Below the pieces are notes generated by a model, which was not told where the DNA came from, did not search any database, and worked only from the letters and a program-made list of their open reading frames with translations. Made by a program: the position numbers and the translations under genes. Below are positions 38,960 to 53,312 of a stretch of DNA of 64,000 nt, one piece after another; positions within the stretch are counted from its first letter, which is position 1; each line of letters starts with the position of its first letter. Origin of the DNA: the human T2T-CHM13v2.0 reference genome, Homo sapiens; assembly GCF_009914755.1 (NCBI RefSeq), contig NC_060932.1; one strand, written 5' to 3'.

Positions 38960-41830
38960 CTTCTAAAGAGTAGTACCCATTCATTAACTGCAAACAGGTA
39001 TTTACTAAACTCCTATTATGTGCCAGCCTTAGTACTAGAAAACAGGGAGACAACAGTGAATAAGACATACATGTTCTATATCTTCATTGATCTTATAACT
39101 GATTAGGGATGGAGGAGAAAGAGAAGGGGGAGGTGAAGAGACACTTACTTTAGATAGCATGATCAGAGTATCTCTTTGAGGAGATGACAGACTGAAAGTG
39201 AAAGATGAGTCAGCTATGCCAAAAATATTGTAGGCAAAAGAAAATACAAGTACTGAATGCCTGAGATGGGCAAGAATTAGGCAGATTTGATGACACAAGA
39301 GGCCTGGCATGGCTAGAGCACAGGGATTAGGTCAGGCAGACCAGACAAGCACATGTAGGAAGCTCACTAGCACCATACAACTCCCCAGCAATGTAGTTTG
39401 TTGTGAATGAGACCTCACAACTGCAATGTGAATGATATCCTGGAGTTGTGCATGTTTATGACACATTTTGCTTAAATTTTAAAATGATCATTCTGCTGCT
39501 ATGCAAATAGACTGGAGAGGAGAAACCAGGAGGTTAGTTAAAAGTCTACTGTGGGGTGTTGGCGAGGATGTGGAAAAATGAAAACACTCATACACTGGGA
39601 GGGAAGGTAAAGTGATACAGCTGCTGTGGAAAACAGTTTGGTGGTTCCTCAAAAAGCTAAACCAAATTACCATATAACCCAGCAATTCCACTCTTATGAA
39701 TATACCCTATGAATATGTTTATACCCTAGGGAATTAAAAATATATACTCACACAAAAACTCATACATGTATGTTAATAGCTACATTATTCTTAATAGCCA
39801 AAAACTAAAAACAATCTAAAATTCCATCAAATGATGAATAGATAAATAAAATATTATATATCCATACAGTAGAATGTTATTTGGCCTTAAACATGAATAA
39901 AGTTCTGATATACCCCACAACATGGATGAACCTTGAAAACATTTGCTAAGGGAAAGAAGGTAGACACAAAAGGCTGCTTATTGTAGGACTCTTTTCTTTT
40001 TTTTGAGACAGAGTTTCACTCATCATCCAGGCTGGTGCAGTGGGGCGACCTCCACCTCCCGGGTTCAAGCAATTCTTGTGCCTCAGCCTCTCGAGTAGCT
40101 GGGACTACAGGCATGCGCCACCACACCTGGCTGGATTTTTTGTATTTTCAATAGAGACAGGGTTTTGCCAGAACTCCTGACCTCAAGAGATCCTCCCACC
40201 TCGGCTTCCCAAAGTGTTGGGATTACAGGCATGAGCCACTGTTCCTGGCCAGGACTCCATTTTATAAAATATCCAGAATAGGCAAATCTGTAGAGATAGA
40301 AAGTGACTAGAGGCTGCCAGGGGTTAGGGGAATAGGAATGACAGCTTAATGGGTTTGGGTTCCCGTTCAGGGTGATGAGAATGTTCTAGAGCTAGTAATG
40401 GTTGTAAAACATTGTGAATATACTAAAAATGACTAAAGTGTACATCTGAAAAGGGTTTAAATGGTCAATTTTTTCTCTATATTAAAAACTGCACCTCCAG
40501 CAAATAATCTATCGTGATATTACAGAGAGAAATTGTGGTGACTTGAACTAGGATGGTGGCAGAGCATAGAGAAAAGTGAGCAGAAATGAGAGAGATTCTG
40601 GAGGCAGAGCAGGCAATCTTTATTTGATAGGAGGCATCAGAGAGGAATGGAGGGTGACTCCCAGTCTTCTGGCAGCTGGTTACTACATTTACAGAGAAGG
40701 GAAAGACTGAGAAGGAAACAGGTTGGGAATATTGAGAATGAATAAAAATAAATCCAACTAAAATATGGATTCTATCAGTAACCTCAAGAAAATCAGGAAG
40801 TTTTGGCTCTTTCTCAAATAATGGAAGGAGCATAGAACTAAGGTGTATGTGAGTAAATTTATCTTTTAATCCCAGCCTGGCACTACCTAGATAACCTTGG
40901 TCCAGTAACATGGTCTGATGACTTCACCTGCTGAGGAATCAAGTGCTTCTTTCATATTTATTTTGTTGTGTTGTAATTTTTTAAATCACTTTTAACTTCA
41001 AAACATTTCTTCTTCTCTGGATACAATGTATTTGCTTCTGTTTTACCCTAATTTCTAAATAGTTGATTTAAATTCACTCAGACTTAAGTATTAGAATTGG
41101 GCAAGACTGAGGAAAAGAGAGGCAGACAACGGTCAAAGTGCAATGACTTAAAAACATACTACAAGTCTGGAATCTGTCCTAAGGACAGTGGGAAACCAGC
41201 TAAAGATTTTAAGCAAAGGAGTAATATGAGCATCTAATTTGCATTTAGCAAGATCATTACAATTTTGAAAGAGGAAAAGGTCAAAAAACAGGAAGTGAGG
41301 AAGCTGTGAAAGTAATGAGGAAGAGAAATAAGGTCCTAGACTAAGGCAGTAAGTCACAGGAGTAAGACAAAATCGCCCCACGAGTACATGTGTGAGAAGA
41401 CAGACCCTGAGGAACACGGACAGAGATGAGCACAAGAGGGGGTTCACTGTGGAGAATGAGAGGAAACCCAGAAGAGCTATAGTTTCACAGGCTCCTAGGA
41501 AAGGATCTCAGGAAGAAGGCCTTATCAACATATTACATGCTGAAGAGTCTAAAATACTCAGTGACATAGTGACATCAAAGTCTTCTGTGACTTTGGAGGG
41601 AGGTCTTACTACATATAATGGGTGGAACACCACAAACTGTTGACAATCACTGGGAAATCAGTGGGAAATGAGGAAACAGTGACATCAAAATTCTATCGAG
41701 AAGTTTGATTATGAAACAAATAGAAAAATTTAGCAGAAGACAAAAGGAGATGGATACTAAAGGCATGAGATTAAAAGGTATTCTTTTCATAAGTTTTTCT
41801 TTTGAGATGGGGGGATGTAAACAAGTTTAA
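38960..41830 (+). mobile_element. Nested cluster: L2 fragments interrupted by an L1MB 3' piece (~39549-40475), itself interrupted by an Alu
   Basis: L2 motif tatttactaaactcctattatgtgccag; L1M motifs tgttggcgaggatgtggaaaaatg and catggatgaaccttgaaaacat. Boundaries approximate; the L2 and L1 orientations may differ. Confidence 0.65.
39992..40250 (-). mobile_element. AluS with internal deletions, in EIF3H intron 5
   Basis: Reverse Alu; TSD aggactc on both sides. Confidence 0.88.
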
Positions 41831-42667
41831 ATGTCTTTGTTTTTAGGAGATGCACGCATTTTAGAAGTATTTAGGGGTTAAAAGTCATGTCTACAATTTA
41901 CTTTCAGATGGTTCAGAAAGAAAAAGTGTTTACGTACGTAGATAGAGTGCAAATGTGGCATGATATACAATTGGTGAATCTAAATGAAAGGTTTATGGAT
42001 GGATGTTCACTGTATTTTTCTTTCAAATTGTCTAAAGAGTTGAAAATTTAAACATAAATTTTTAATTGGAAAAATGAGCCTATAAAGATTGAAAAAAAAA
42101 AACTAGTATAGAAAGAAACTGAAAATCTATGAAGAAGGAAGGAGTAGATCAACCTAATGAGGTCCTGAGAAGGCAAGAAGACAGGAGGCACTAGCTTCAG
42201 GTTTCTGATCCTTTCATTTTTACCAGTGAGCAACCTGAAGCCCAAAGGGCTATACTAAGTATAGGAAATGTCATTAGCTACATGATTAGTTGTTAAGTCA
42301 TTTATGTCATTAATTGCAAAAGGAAATCAGAGAAAGAAAAGATCATCACCAATGCTGTGGCTGGGAGGTTAAGGGGAAAGCAGTGACAGTAGGGAAAAAA
42401 TAACAGCACAGGAGAGGTACTGCCATATGCAGAGAAAATACACCTAGACCTTAAATCTTGGAGGTTGTTTACAGTAATGAGAAAGGCACTACTAAAACAG
42501 ACCCACTGTTTCTACCAGAAAAGTCTTTAATATAAAGTACTAATATTATCTGCTGCAAGTATATGAAGTTATTGTGAAAGAACACTGCTACAAGCACAAA
42601 TATGTGGACTTTAAGCATTTCATAACTTTTATATTATGATAATGCTCTTCAGAAAAAAAACAATCAG

Positions 42668-42668
<1 letters not shown>

Positions 42669-42704
<36 letters not shown>
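42669..42704. repeat. (AC)n microsatellite, ~17-18 units
   Basis: Directly visible. Confidence 0.97.
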
Positions 42705-42707
<3 letters not shown>

Positions 42708-45189
42708 TGTGTACTACAGGCCTTAAAAGGGCATCAGAAATTAACAATGACAGAAAATCAGACCACTACCAAGACCAATTTTGTGGGAATCTTTTCAGTA
42801 CCAGTTTAACTAGGATGCTGAAACAGGGACTTATTGTTAGGAGTTTCAGTAACATTGCCTTTTCTTTTATTGCCAAGCAAATAAAGAACTGAAAACAGAT
42901 AAACAGATGTGAACCAGGACATGAAGTGTTAAGTCTGCTCTGGCTACAGTATCAATTTATGCTTATAATCCTTAATGTATGATGCCCACCCTTAGTTTAC
43001 TTTTTTTAAAAGAGGAAATAAAAACAGAATTGTTTTACATGTGTGAAAAGCTGAACGCCTGTGATACACATTTTTAAAAACTAATAAAGGCTGTTATGGA
43101 ATAACTATTACTAGAACTTCCATCTAATAAAATTAAAATAAAAAAATTTGAATTTTTCAACAAAAGCAAATACAGTATGTTTTAGTCGTCGCAGAGAACA
43201 AACTTATCAGGCACATCAAAGAAACTGGTGCCCATGTCTATAGGCTGTGAAAGGAAAGACCAAGTTTAAGCACCTGCATAAGAATTATTTCTGATGGGGT
43301 TTCTTATACAAACTTTTATGGCAACTGGCCTGAGCCATCATCACACAATTACTGTCAGAAATTAAAAATTGAGATGTACAAAACTTATCTTTCTGTCTTT
43401 TAAAATAGTATGGTCGATTTGGTTCAATGTAAGTGTCTACTAGCAAAAAAGCACTGCTTCAAAGTTGCTTCATTTTTTTTCCTCCTAACAGGAACACCAA
43501 TTTACACTTTAAATAACTTCATATGGAAAGCAAAGAAATGGGACCTCTTTTTCCTCGTTTACATAAAAATACAGAAGACAAAAACTATAATAAAATATTT
43601 GTCTAGGTCTCAGTTGCTAGGGCAAACTGAGAACATTTTCTTGGCTATTATAAATGCTGCTTTGGACAAATGGACATTATAGACCAGCTCATTGGTAATG
43701 TTAAAGCACCATCAGGGATGTATTTCTTTTGTATGCTCAATAAAGGCAGCCTGGGAAAAGGTGAAGACATGAATTATGTAAGCAAAAGCTTTCATGCAGT
43801 AAATTTAAAAGTATTATATAACTATATACTTAATACATCAAATTGTAACCTTGTATGCTGAAAAAGGTTCTTAGCTAAATGCTTTAAATACAGGTGTGCC
43901 CAATGTGTTTGTAAAAGCAATAAAGAAAAATATGACCTTCTAAAACAGACAAATTAAAGGACTATTATGAATATATGTTTGCAGTCAAACAGTATGCTTT
44001 TTGGTGCCAAATTAGCCTTGCAACCTGGCTGTGTTACTGAGCACTCCATTTACATTCATCGTCCATCTCCCTGCCCCGTTAAGACTTTCTAGTGGCCTTT
44101 GTGATCAATTAACGCAATGGAAGGCGGCGCTTCAACCACAGTCCTACCCGTGCCAGAGCATAGAGAAGAACATTGATGTCTCTGGCCCTTCTGGGTTCAT
44201 CCCACTTGCCTTATATCGAGGAAGTACAAAGTCTGTACACTTTTTTTTTTTTTAACAAGTCTCTATCTAAGATAACTAGAAATCTGATAAATAATTTAGT
44301 CTGCTCCAAACTGGTTGCTTAAGAAAACACACCTTGTTTCTTTCAGCCAACAAGCATATATTGATTCTTTACCTACTCTGACCATTTAATTTCATTCCAC
44401 AAGTCTGCTGCTAGCCTCCTTCCACCACAGACAAAATAATCACTAACATAACGCTCAAAGGGCATTTAAGAGGAGCTATACATGTGGCTCTATTCACATT
44501 TCTGTTAAGAGTAATAGATGAGGGGGAAATAAACATTAATTTAACAAAGGGAACAATACTTCCTTTTGGAAACCTCAATCTGCATTTTACAAATATAATA
44601 AACATTATCTCAGCAACTAGATAGCTAAGGCAGTCACGGTGGAGGAAATCGTTATCACCAACTAAAATAGGTGAAGCCAATGTCAGGTTCAGAAAATTCA
44701 AATTTTAGTTGAAAACTCAAACAACTGTAATTTTACAACTGCAAGAGTCTGCATCTGAACAAGGGTAAGTACAACCAGTAAAAGAAAAAAGCATTTCTGT
44801 TCTTTTCCTGAGCATTATTAAATATCCAGACCTAATACCCTAAGCCTCTTAGGATCGTGTACAAGAAATAAAGCTGAGCCATATAAAAAAGCCCTCCCTC
44901 TTGGGCACTGACCTTATCAAAGCACAAATGATACAGCAAAGAAGGCAGCAGAGGGTTCTTCTAATATGAGCAATTAGTATTCAAATAATGTGTTGTTTCA
45001 TGTTATCAGTTTGGCGTTTTTCCCTGACATCCTAACAGGGCCAGACTATTACTCCATGTTATACATGTTTTAAGAACCTATAAACGTTCTTAAGTAACTG
45101 TTTTCTTGTTTCACAGGTAAAGTTTATGTGAAAGAATCTTTTGCAAAAAGTTCTAAAACATGGGCTTTTCATTAGGCAGGGCCACTTAC

Positions 45190-45339
45190 CTGCTGGCAAG
45201 GCTGAGCAATTCATGTTTATCTGCAACAGCTGACTTCTTTTCAAGTTCCCACATTAGGACATTGATCAGATGTGAATTTTTAATTACAATCGGCACTTCT
45301 TCAAACATGTACTCAAAGGTGATATTTGCTTTTTTCAAT
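45190..45339 (-). CDS. EIF3H: EIF3H coding exon 5 (150 nt): (A)[49 protein letters not shown](S)
   Basis: cacag|A TTG AAA AAA...GCC AGC AG|gtaagt. Confidence 0.97.
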
Positions 45340-46548
45340 CTGTGAAGCATGTTAAAAATACTTTAGTCTGATGGTCAAAAGTAAGTGCTAAACTGACTAC
45401 TTCATAAAATTTACCTAATTACAGGCCCTATCCAAGATCTTTGTTTCATTAGCACTCTTAAAAAAAAAAAAAGTAGAGAAACTAGAGTTTTACAGAGTCA
45501 AGCATAAGTTGAGTGATTTGAGTAACTTTGAAAATGATGCGAATTTGAGCTAAAGCCCAGAAAATGAGATTCTTGGCAGAAGAAACTACTCATTCTTTGT
45601 TATCAGGTATCTTTAAAATTTCACTGATACTAAAATGTAAATGTCACAGTAAGTTATGCTACACAACCTACACCTACAACTTAATTTAAAATAGCTAGAA
45701 ATGAGAAATACTCTATTTCTTGAAAAGTTCATTTAAAAAGCCTCTTGAATTAGAGTTTAACAAGTAGCAGAACACAAGGAGACTCCAGATACAATAGTTA
45801 GAACATGCCAAGAACACAGTTTCTCATAGATTAGTTATAACCACCACATCCAGGAATTGTTCATGAGTTAGCTTTTCTTTTAAAATTCTCTGCACCTTAA
45901 CTTTTTAGGAGCCAAATGGGAAACTAGAGAAGAACCGTCCTACATGAAGTCAAAACCATTAATTTTGATTCAATAAGAACTAAAAATTTCTATAATTAAC
46001 AGAAAATGGAAGAATTCTAAGTATTTAATTTATTTAAAGTAAATATTACAATGCCATTAAATAGGATCCCAAAACAGCTCCATCAGTTAATTCTCTGCAT
46101 AACTGTCACCCATAAAATTTCCAATAAGCCACATTCTTTACCAAATTCTTAAAATGTTTATATCTTTCCCACCCCCTCATTAAACAAGGGTTCGGAAAAT
46201 AAGACACACAGCTCACAACCAGTCTGACACAGAGCTTACAATCTGACAGCCACTGATCACTCTTTCCACCTCCCTTTATTCAATCATTTATTTCTTTGAA
46301 TCCAGTAGCTAATTAATTCCCATTCTAACTGAATTCACCCTTGGTGAGAACAACAGATGAGATATTCCCTAAAGAATAATTTAAACATGGAAAGGGAGAG
46401 AGCAAGCAGCACTCGGCATGCAGAAAACTTCTACAGTCCACATGGCAAAAGCATTACCACACCACAACCAAGGATTCAAGAGATGTGGCAAAGAAAAATC
46501 TTAACAGAAAAATACCCAACCCTTTACCAGATGCCCCCAAACACTTAC

Positions 46549-46648
46549 GCTTCAGGGGAAAAATCCTTTTCTTTACAAACTTCCATCAGTTTAGGAGTCA
46601 GTCTGTATGCCTTTAGTGAGAGAGATCCTTGGGCAGTTTTTATGGGAT
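46549..46648 (-). CDS. EIF3H: EIF3H coding exon 4 (100 nt): (D)[32 protein letters not shown](A)
   Basis: ttgag|AT CCC ATA...CCT GAA GC|gtaagt; phase 1 in, phase 2 out, compatible with both neighbours. Confidence 0.97.
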
Positions 46649-48146
46649 CTCAAACAAGGAAAGAGAAATAAATTACTAAGAATTTTGTCACTGCCAGGCT
46701 TGAATGGCATTGGTTCTAGGCACATTCTGTTACATATCGCACAATCTTTGCAAAATAAAGATCAAAATAAACAACCAGAACACAACTTGAAGCAGACTCA
46801 AAGCACTATTGCAAATAGCACTTGAAAATGCAGGAATACCTCTATCCTACTTACAATAGAGTAATTTCCTCTGTCAAAAACTAAAGATGCAAAAGAGTTA
46901 TTTTCAAATTCATTCCTCAGCAAGAACTAGTAACCTTGCTGAAAATTAAATGTATCATATGTTCTAGACATATTGTATAATTAGGAAATCACTGATAAAT
47001 ATTAAACATGAAAATTCACTGCATGTACTTGGGTAGCTCCTCATTCAACTTAAAATGAATAGCCCCGCACACAAAATTTATCAATCCTAATAATCACTGT
47101 TCACATTTCTTCGTTAAAACAGATTGTAAAAACAAAACCATTCAAGTCAAACTGCTATCACAAAAGTGTCTTTCTGGTTTTGGAGAAACTAATTTTGTCA
47201 AAGCTAACCGCTGAAACACTCCATGAGTAAGGGAGCTTAGCACTTGCTGCATGATAACGGCTCTGGCATGCCAATATTCGCCTAAAACCTGTGTTAACAT
47301 TCATGTTGTCTGAAACTTAACACAGTGAAACTTTTAGCAATAGGTGATAAAATGAAAACCAAAATAGATTGAAACAAGTGGAAAATTCATCAAGGTCTGA
47401 TGATGCAATGTTTCCAGCCAATATAAGTATACTTTAACAACTTGTTCTTTACTGTAATCCAATTGTTAACATACTGAAACAATTTTGGGGCAGCTCATAA
47501 GATTGATCGTATTCATTAGTATTTTTTCTGACAGATACTCAGGACGTTACATTTACTTCTCAGCTGGAAACTATATGCAAGTCTGCCAGATATGGCAAAC
47601 TGTGAGTGTTTGGGGAGGGGGAAGGCTATAAAGCTGTTAAATTGCCTACAGTTCTGATACAGCACAGAACATCTGGTCTGGAGAGCTTGAGGAAACACCA
47701 TTAAATAGGCCGAAAAGAAAAAAATCTTTGTGCTAAGAAACAGTCCAGGTTTTGTACGCTGTTGTCAGAGGTATAAAAAAAACTTGGCACACCGTATTAT
47801 GATTGGTCAGTCACGTACAGAGCCAGACACTCTAGCAATCGGGGTTTGTTAGACATCTGGTCTAGTTCCACCAGCCCCTTCAATGAGGGAGGGGAGATGG
47901 AGGAATAGAAATGAAGCAGCTACTCCAGCATTCCAAAATGTACACATCAGGGCTCTGATAGCAAGAAAAATAAACAGAAAGAAGGAAACCCTGTCTAGAC
48001 TGAGCTGCTGCTGAGGCTGCTGCAGAAACAGGGTTGGTATTTACTTGAGAAGGCCTGCCAGACTGCTCTTAGAGGCAAAAAGGACAGAAAGCAAAAATAG
48101 TAGTAATAATATTAAGGGAAAAAAGAATAATAAACCTCCTACTAAC

Positions 48147-48314
48147 CATAAATGAGAACGACAGATTCTTCAATGGCATGCTGGTAACTAAACTGAGAGT
48201 CCAGGAGTGCCCGGGTAACGAATGAGCCATAGTATGTGGACTGATACCAGCCCACGTGAAGATGATCAATGTTTACATGGCGAAGGCTCCGCATCATTTC
48301 CATCTGATATTGGA
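48147..48314 (-). CDS. EIF3H: EIF3H coding exon 3 (168 nt), MPN domain: (V)[55 protein letters not shown](D)
   Basis: Minus strand reads ...atccag|TC CAA TAT CAG ATG...ATT TAT G|gttagt. Contains the MPN-type VGWY motif and matches the recognised eIF3h sequence. Confidence 0.97.
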
Positions 48315-48868
48315 CTGGATGATGGGGAAGAGGAAATTAAAAGAAAAAACTTTTTAATGATGTTACCAACATCAAAAACAAGCCGTTTTGGAAACAAATG
48401 TCTACATAACAATTTATTAGCAATAGGGAACAGGATTCCAGATTTAAAATTCATTCAGTTCACATATAAAGCAAAACAAAATTAGGCTTTTAAATCATCA
48501 GGGGTTTCCTTTTATTCTTTAATGAAAAAATATTTTGTAGAAAATGTATTACACACAATATTAATACCTTGTTCTAACCAAAGAATTATTAAATGTGGCG
48601 TCTAACTCCCCTTTTTGAAACTCTCAAAATAGTAAATGTTTAAGAAAAATTTGTGTAATTACTAAATTGGTTGGTTGTAAGAAGTTTCATTTGAATTAAT
48701 AAAAGAGGAAGAGTTATCAATCTCTTCTTCAACACAGCTTTTAGAGCTGAGAAACTAAAACCATTAGGAAAACTAAGGAGAAACAACTACCAACCACACT
48801 GCTTATATATGAAGAGGATACAGGCTGTAGCTGATTCAAAATGTAAGAGTACATTTTTGCCTTCATCT

Positions 48869-48885
48869 GGTGCCCCCTGCTGCAT
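48869..48885 (-). promoter_or_regulatory. Candidate CTCF binding motif
   Basis: Minus strand GCAGCAGGGGGCACC closely matches the CTCF core CCAGCAGGGGGCGC; it is an isolated GC patch in an AT-rich intron. Confidence 0.55.
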
Positions 48886-49212
48886 ATGCTAAATTTTTTA
48901 AAAAATTATTTTTTCTTGTCTGTGTGTTCCTTTAAGTAACAGATACTATGTTTTCCTTAGAATAAAGTTATATTTTAATGACCATGTATAGAATGAAAAG
49001 GTTTAGTGACTTTTACTTTTGTCAAATTAATGACTACAAAGTATAGTAATGACTATAATGTATACTATATTAAAGCAGTATTACCAGAAAAACAGATTAA
49101 AACTAGCAATATAATAAACGACATTTTAAAAAGCAATATAGCACAATAATGCACAGCAAATATATAATACAGGAGAAAACTTTATAGTCAACATAATAGC
49201 CATGCTATTTCT

Positions 49213-49584
<372 letters not shown>

Positions 49585-50103
49585 TGAAACCTGTTTCATT
49601 TTCAAAATTCTTACTCAGGTTTTAGCAAAAGAAAAGTTATATATCTGTCATTCTTTTGGTTATACCACTATGGTTTTACAAAGCCTACAAGACTCAGGAT
49701 CATAAAGTATAAAAGAGTGTTCCTCAGATGGACACAGTCTGATTTTTCATTACTTGTAGGAGAAGAAGTTATAAATCTGCTTATTCCAAGGAAGGTTACA
49801 GTTCTCATGCTAAAAGATGGCAGCCAACTCATCAACTACACAAGAATTGCGTGTTTTTTGAGATTTTTTTTTTGCTATGTAGAAAAGCTAAACAAACAAA
49901 CAAAAACAACCAAAGTTATTTTGCCACTATCTGAAGAGACTTTCTTAAGCCTACGGCAATGTTGCAACAGAGCTGGAAACTGCACTACTGTAAAGATGTA
50001 CAGTTTAAGTGCCTGTTTTGAAAGTGGGCTCATTTATTCATAAAAAGGAAAAAAAGTGTTAATATAGAGGAAGTTAGGCTACTAAGGGTATGGGGGAGAA
50101 GGT

Positions 50104-50143
50104 GATACCAGACACCAGACACCAGATACCAGACACCAGACAC
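50104..50143. repeat. 7-bp tandem repeat (GAYACCA)x5.7
   Basis: gatacca gacacca gacacca gatacca gacacca gacac. Confidence 0.9.
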
Positions 50144-52982
50144 TTTGTATACCAAACCAGTGTTTCTGTATATTTATGAATAAAATACAAAATCAAAGTC
50201 ATATAACCTATGCTATACTCTAAACCACCATTAAAAACATCACTACCTTAGAAACCTATTTTATACACAATATGACAGCCGAAAAAGCAGTATGAAATAT
50301 GATAATCTTACACCAATTATTTTTTATCTTCATATTTTATTTCTCTAGCATGTAAGAGGAACCTCACCTCCCCCCAGCTAGTTTAACAGATTCACATCAA
50401 CCACATAAATTTGGCAAGTGGGATAGAATCACTGCTATGATCTCCTTCTGTTTCGAAATTCCATAATTCTTTTAAATCAAAGTAAAATCACTGATTTGGC
50501 TAATAAATTTTAATCAAATTTAATTTATGAGTGAAAAGTCCCAGTATTATAAGTAAAATGGGAGCTGAAACTGAATTTGCTATTTATTTTAAAGGGAAAG
50601 GGAAGAGGAGAGATTAAGCAACTGACAGAACGAGTAAGATTTTAAAAAACATTATTTTTAAATCAAAACTTATGCAACGTATTAGTATAAAATTTAGCTA
50701 CAATATAAGAAGAGGTTGGAGTCTGCCAACTTATAATAGCAGAAAAGAAAGACTTGGAATCTAGAGGTCGAGGTTCTCATGCCAGCTCTGAGATTTCCCC
50801 TGTGGGGATCTTGCTGTACAGTTAATAATTCTTCTTTGATATTTAATTTTCCCATCTCCAAAGAGATCTGAGAACCCAATCCCAGTCAAAACGCTATTAT
50901 TCCACATTGTTCACTGGACATACTAATTATAAATAAAGAATTTTCTATTAGCTAAAGGGGCCTCCAGCATGCATTATGATTTAAAATAAAAATACATTCC
51001 TCTGAAAAATATTCTGTAATCTTGCTAAGTCTGTCCTCAAATAGCCTGAATACAAGAGATTCTCTAACAGCATTTCAGGATACACAAGGTAAAAAACTCC
51101 AAGATCCATAGCAAACTTCCAAATTTCTTCTTTATCCAGAGTCTTACCTATTCTACAGCACCTCTGATAAGGGTAAGAATGAAAATGAAACGTTCCTCTA
51201 AACTAGGGAAGAAAGTCAAGAAAGCCTATAGCCGTGTGGAGATACCACTCCTCCAACATATTTCTGGGGACTGAGGAGTAAAGAGAGATCAGCTTCTTTA
51301 TTAGGGGAAATGAGGGGAGCATTTCCATTTCCTCTTCCATGGTTTAGAATATGACATAAAAGATTTTGCAAGATTTTGGACACATTTGTAAGTCATAAGA
51401 GTTTTCATATCACCTAAATATCAAAATAAAGAGGCTAAAGAGCAATGATTGGTCAATTAAGAAAATCACTTTAAAAATATACAATGCACTAGAATTTCAC
51501 TAATAAACAATGTATGTGTTGGGCCTAATCTATGTAAAGTGAAGGAGATTCTCTATCTTGGTTTGGACTTACCACCCCAATTTTAAAATTAAAAACAAAA
51601 CTTTTTTTTTAAGTGCCCTCTCAGAGGCATCATATAAAGAAAGGACCTAAACAAACTGCAAGTGAGTCTTAAAAGGTGGGGCTGGGGATGCTAGAGCTCC
51701 GAAATGAACCACAGTGCACAGAGGCCCAGTTCTCACCATGACTGCTCCTATGAAGCGCCAACAAATGCAGTGTTTGAAAAGAGCTCACTTTGATGTAATA
51801 AGGTAAAAAAATAATAAGTAATACTGTTTCTGTTTATTATAAGCCAAGGAACAAGAGACACAACTCACAAACAGCCACATGAACTGCGTTATCTCTGTAG
51901 ACTTTCAGGTCTGTGTCCCCATTCTTTGAATCCCATCTCCCTTCACCCACAGTTTATCCTCCCCTTCCCACCCAAATTTTCAAAAAGTAGAAAGCCAACT
52001 CCTGCAAAAGCTTCCTGGTAAACCTAAGTAGGAATACGAAATGAAAAGCAACTGTCCCAGTGACCTGTCTGAAAACCATGCTCCTGGCAGGCACCATCAA
52101 GGGAGCTAAGCTGCCACACCAGCTGACATGTATTTACCCCTTTGGCCTATGGACAAGGGAACAATCGTGAAATTATGGCATGCTGGTTAAGTTTTACACA
52201 GAAAATAAGAAATTGTCTTTCCAGATTCCAATCTCCTGGATGAACACCCTTGCTTTTGTGGCTATGCTAGTTTCTCTCAGGAGTTACATTGGGTAGGTAG
52301 GTAAGGAGAGCACAAGAGACCCAGTTTGGCTACAAAACAGGTAAATGAGGGAGGGAAGAAGCCTCTGCATATCTGGAATTGGTTTGTGATGAAGATGCCA
52401 TGTCATAGCCCACAGGCTCTGGTGACTATGAGGTCCTGCTATTTGCCTCCTCATATGCAACCAGTCCTCACTTTTCTGGCTGGAGTTTTGGTATTTCACT
52501 CTCGAGAAATAAGGCTCAGGAGTGGCTCACACCTCAGAAGGAAGAGAATCATCTCAAAGAAACAAAAGGAAAAAGGAGGAGGAAAAGAAAAAAAGAGGCT
52601 CCTTGACTCGAAGTGCCAGCTGCCTACTACTGTGTTAATGCAGATCAATGAAGAAACAGGCACTGATTGGCAACTTTGCAGAGTTGGTCCAGGGTTAGAC
52701 AAGCTTCAATTTTTGTTCTCATATTTAAGGGAAGTCAAAACAGCAATTTCAACTAATGACATTCTCTTCTAAGTTAATGTCTAAATATTCCTGGAGAAAT
52801 TTCCCAAAGATGAATGGCAAGAGGATAATCCTCTTGGGAGGGAGAACTATTTTAAAATTCATAATGTTTAAGAGAAGGACTTAGTAGAAAAGAACCTTTT
52901 AGGCATTCTTAGTACAAAAAAGCAAACATCCCCACTGAGGAAAAGTAGTATGCAACACATAAATTTCAAAGACAAACTGGTC

Positions 52983-53312
<330 letters not shown>

